From NCBI GenBank assembly GCA_003009755.1, contig PXUB01000025.1:85187-104214 (forward strand): a stretch of 19,028 nucleotides of DNA, in the 5' to 3' direction. Below the pieces are notes generated by a model. That model was not told the DNA's origin and made no database searches. It saw nothing but the letters and a program-made list of their open reading frames with translations. Positions 16,633 through 19,028 of this stretch are shown piece by piece (position 1 is the first letter of the stretch; each line of letters starts with the position of its first letter). The DNA comes from Thermoplasmatales archaeon SW_10_69_26. Lineage in GTDB: Archaea; Thermoplasmatota; SW-10-69-26. The position numbers and the translations under genes were made by a program.

Positions 16633-18942
16633 ATGGAAGACCGGTTCTCCGGTGATCTCAGCCTCCCCGAGGTCGATACGCCGGAGACCGGCGAGTGGTC
16701 ACAGTTCGTGCGCGAGCACTGGTGGACGGCGCTGCCGGCGCTGCTCGTCCTGTGGGGCGTGTTCTCGCTGCTGTTGTTCCCGATCGTCGGTTTCGTCACC
16801 GGCTCGATCACGGTCGGCATCCTCGCGTCGCCGCTGTTGGGCCTGGCCGCCGCGGGGGCGCTCGGCCATCGTTGGGGCCTGGTCGAACCCGTCGACGAGG
16901 CGAGACGCGATGCCCCGCTGTGGGCCCGCCTGCTCGTGCCGGTCCCCGTCTTCGCCGTCCTGTGGGCGCTGTTCTTCGTGGGCGTAGGCTCCTTCGTCCA
17001 GACCTTCACGCTAATCGCCGCGATCGCGACGGTGCTGGCGGCCGCCGCGACCGGCGCCGGCGTCGCCTCGCTGGGGCTCTGGCGAGGGTCGATCGAGACG
17101 ATCCGTGACGCGAGCCCGCTCGCGCGGCTGGGCATGCTCGCGAGTTTCGGCACCACGGTCGGCCTGCTCACGTTCGCGGGCATCGTCGTCGGCCTCGGCA
17201 ACGTGCCGCTGGCGCTGGCGACGCTCGTCCCCGTCGCGTTGCTGGCCGGCGTGGGCCTGGCCCACGGCCTCGGCTGGACCGAGGACGCCTACGAGGCGAT
17301 CCGGTCCCCGCACTTCGGCATCCGGTTGGGCGTCTTCGTCGTGCTCGAGGCGCTGTTGGCGGTCTACATCGCCGTCCAGGTCGGTCGGTTCATCCCGGAC
17401 GCCCGCTTCGCGTACGCGATCGGGATCGCGGCCGGCCTCGCCCTGCTCGTGCCCGCCACGATCTGGGTGCACGCCTGGCGGGACGCCTGGCAGGCGTTCA
17501 CCGACCTGGGCGAGGAGCACCGCGCGTTGGTGCTGTTGCCCGTGTTCCCGCTGGTCGCCGTCCTCGTCTTCGGTCTCGTCGTCGTGTTGACCGACAGCTT
17601 CGAGGCCGGCTACATCCTGAGCGTCCCGGCGGGGATCGCGGCCCTGCTGGCCGTGGGCGCGCCGCTGGGCGTGACCGGCAAGATCCCCTCGATCGTCCGC
17701 CGCAAGCAGCTGCCGACCCGGTCGGCGATCTTCCTGGCTTCCTTCGCGCTCCTCAGCGCGTACGCCTACCTCGGCTTCGCCCTCGTCATCCAGAACGTCG
17801 AGATCTCGCTCGTCGCCGGCATGGCGTTCGCCGGGCTCGTGCTCGGCGCCGTCAACTCGGCCTTCGACCTCGGCCGGGGGTTGGGCGAGGAGTTCGAGGC
17901 CTACGGCGCGCCCAGCGAGGCCGCCGTGCTCGTCAGCGTGTTCGCGCTGTCGCTGGCGCTGGCGTTCCTGGCGTTGGCGCTCACGACCGGCGACTTCCGG
18001 CTGGCGTTCCTGGTGAGCGTCGTCGTCGCCGCCGGCCTCAACTACCTGATCGCTCACTCGACCGGCCTCGTCGAGAGCATGCGAGCTGTCGTCGCCGACG
18101 TACCCTGGTGGGCCGACCTCGTCGTCCTGGCGGTGCTGTTCGCGGGCGTGGCGGCCTACGGCACCGTCGCGGTGGGCGTGTTCATCGCCAGCGCGCCCAT
18201 CGCGCTCACGGCCGGCGTGCTGCTGGGCCTGGGCGGCGTCGTGTTCTTCTCGCGCGACCTGGCGATCGGCCACGACGTGATGGCGGAGGCCGAGGAGCAG
18301 ACGACGGCCCGGGCCGTCGTGCTCCTGTTGGCCTTCCTGGGCGCCTTCCTCGCCGGGTTGTTCGCCTCCGGCGCCGCCCTCTCGCTGACCGGGACCGCGA
18401 TCTTCGGGTTTCCGCTCTTCGTCGCGGTCGTCACCGGCTCGGCGGCCGCGATCGCGCTGGCACGGTTCCGTGGCTGGGACGAGACCGTGCTCGGGCGCGT
18501 CCGCTCGCGCACGGACAAGCTCAAGGTCGTCACGATCCTCGCCGTCTGGTTGGCGGTCGGCATCTTCACCGGCTTCTCGCTCACCTCGCTGCCGGTCGGC
18601 GAGGCCGACCTCGGCATCGGCTCCTCGCCGAGCCTCCCGCTCACGCTCACGATCGGCGCCGGTCTCCTGTTGTGGATCTGGATGCCGGTCATCCTGTTCC
18701 GAGCCGTCGACGTGAGCCGCGGCCCCGCCGAGGCGACGATGGAGACCCGCGACCGCGGCCGGGCGCTCGCCAGCGCCGGATGGGGCCTGCTCGTGTTCGC
18801 GATCGTGCTCGTGACCGTGCTGTCGATCTTCAACCAGCCGGTGGTCGCCGTCGCTTCAGCCCTGGCCGTGGGGTACTTGGTGGCCCTGCTCATCAGCACC
18901 CGCGGCTCTCGGAACGACCCCGAGGACGTTGAGGGCTCATAG
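16633..18942 (+). CDS. 769-aa polytopic membrane protein (~20-22 TM helices) made of 66-aa tandem repeats; function unknown
   Basis: Start MEDRFSG at ATG 16633; alternating hydrophobic hairpins and amphipathic linkers with an exact 66-aa period over residues 27-554; stop TAG 18940-18942. Confidence 0.85.
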   Translation: MEDRFSGDLSLPEVDTPETGEWSQFVREHWWTALPALLVLWGVFSLLLFPIVGFVTGSITVGILASPLLGLAAAGALGHRWGLVEPVDEARRDAPLWARLLVPVPVFAVLWALFFVGVGSFVQTFTLIAAIATVLAAAATGAGVASLGLWRGSIETIRDASPLARLGMLASFGTTVGLLTFAGIVVGLGNVPLALATLVPVALLAGVGLAHGLGWTEDAYEAIRSPHFGIRLGVFVVLEALLAVYIAVQVGRFIPDARFAYAIGIAAGLALLVPATIWVHAWRDAWQAFTDLGEEHRALVLLPVFPLVAVLVFGLVVVLTDSFEAGYILSVPAGIAALLAVGAPLGVTGKIPSIVRRKQLPTRSAIFLASFALLSAYAYLGFALVIQNVEISLVAGMAFAGLVLGAVNSAFDLGRGLGEEFEAYGAPSEAAVLVSVFALSLALAFLALALTTGDFRLAFLVSVVVAAGLNYLIAHSTGLVESMRAVVADVPWWADLVVLAVLFAGVAAYGTVAVGVFIASAPIALTAGVLLGLGGVVFFSRDLAIGHDVMAEAEEQTTARAVVLLLAFLGAFLAGLFASGAALSLTGTAIFGFPLFVAVVTGSAAAIALARFRGWDETVLGRVRSRTDKLKVVTILAVWLAVGIFTGFSLTSLPVGEADLGIGSSPSLPLTLTIGAGLLLWIWMPVILFRAVDVSRGPAEATMETRDRGRALASAGWGLLVFAIVLVTVLSIFNQPVVAVASALAVGYLVALLISTRGSRNDPEDVEGS

Positions 18943-19006
18943 CTCAGCCTGGTAGAGCGGCGGGCTCATAACCCGTCGGCCGGCGGTTCGAATCCGCCTG
19001 GGCCCA
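18933..19006 (+). tRNA. tRNA with CAT anticodon, most likely tRNA-Ile2 (agmatidine type); no intron, CCA not encoded
   Basis: Acceptor GGGCTCA/TGGGCCC + A; D arm GCTC/GAGC; anticodon arm GCGGG-CTCATAA-CCCGT; T arm GGCGG-TTCGAAT-CCGCC. G1-C72 excludes the archaeal initiator (A1-U72); the GGGC acceptor fits Ile rather than elongator Met. Confidence 0.93.
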
Positions 19007-19028
19007 CTTCTCGACGGCCTTCGGCGAT

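Noticed and set aside
16633-18942. Fused ATP synthase c-ring subunits
   Set aside because: The hairpin unit size is similar, but there is no conserved mid-membrane Glu/Asp, GxGxG motif or RQPE-like loop.
18933-19006. Initiator tRNA-Met
   Set aside because: Lacks the A1-U72 pair of archaeal initiators; the acceptor stem is Ile-like. Elongator Met is less likely but not excluded.

Overview
GC-rich archaeal chromosomal window with acidic proteins. Class I LysRS, aIF5A, Sec61beta, DUF2240, a PGF-CTERM protein and TATA boxes ~25 nt before leaderless starts place it in Archaea; an uncultured, probably halophilic Thermoplasmatota-like lineage is my inference. Gene order: small Zn-ribbon protein and His-tailed YtkA/FixH-like lipoprotein (-); HisA-like barrel and DUF2240 (+); exported Lon-like S16 protease (-); Sec61beta (+); ~890-bp non-coding spacer; disrupted lysS; aIF5A, pyrF (+); PGF-CTERM cupredoxin (-); TraB-family protein and M50 peptidase (+); four-gene surface-protein cluster (-); 769-aa polytopic membrane protein whose stop codon lies inside a tRNA(CAT), probably Ile2. 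Most notable: (1) the 769-aa protein is built from at least eight exactly 66-aa two-TM units, suggesting a membrane-embedded solenoid, divergent from the surface cluster; (2) a ~293-nt two-armed structured RNA candidate at 1081-1373; (3) a 16-bp motif repeated at ~147-bp spacing plus one inverted copy, and a five-way-junction structure just upstream of lysS; (4) lysS is broken by a foreign 647-bp coding fragment between exact 99-bp repeats, most likely a misassembly; (5) a cupredoxin with Glu at the axial Met position. All family calls come from motif recognition by eye, with no database searches.
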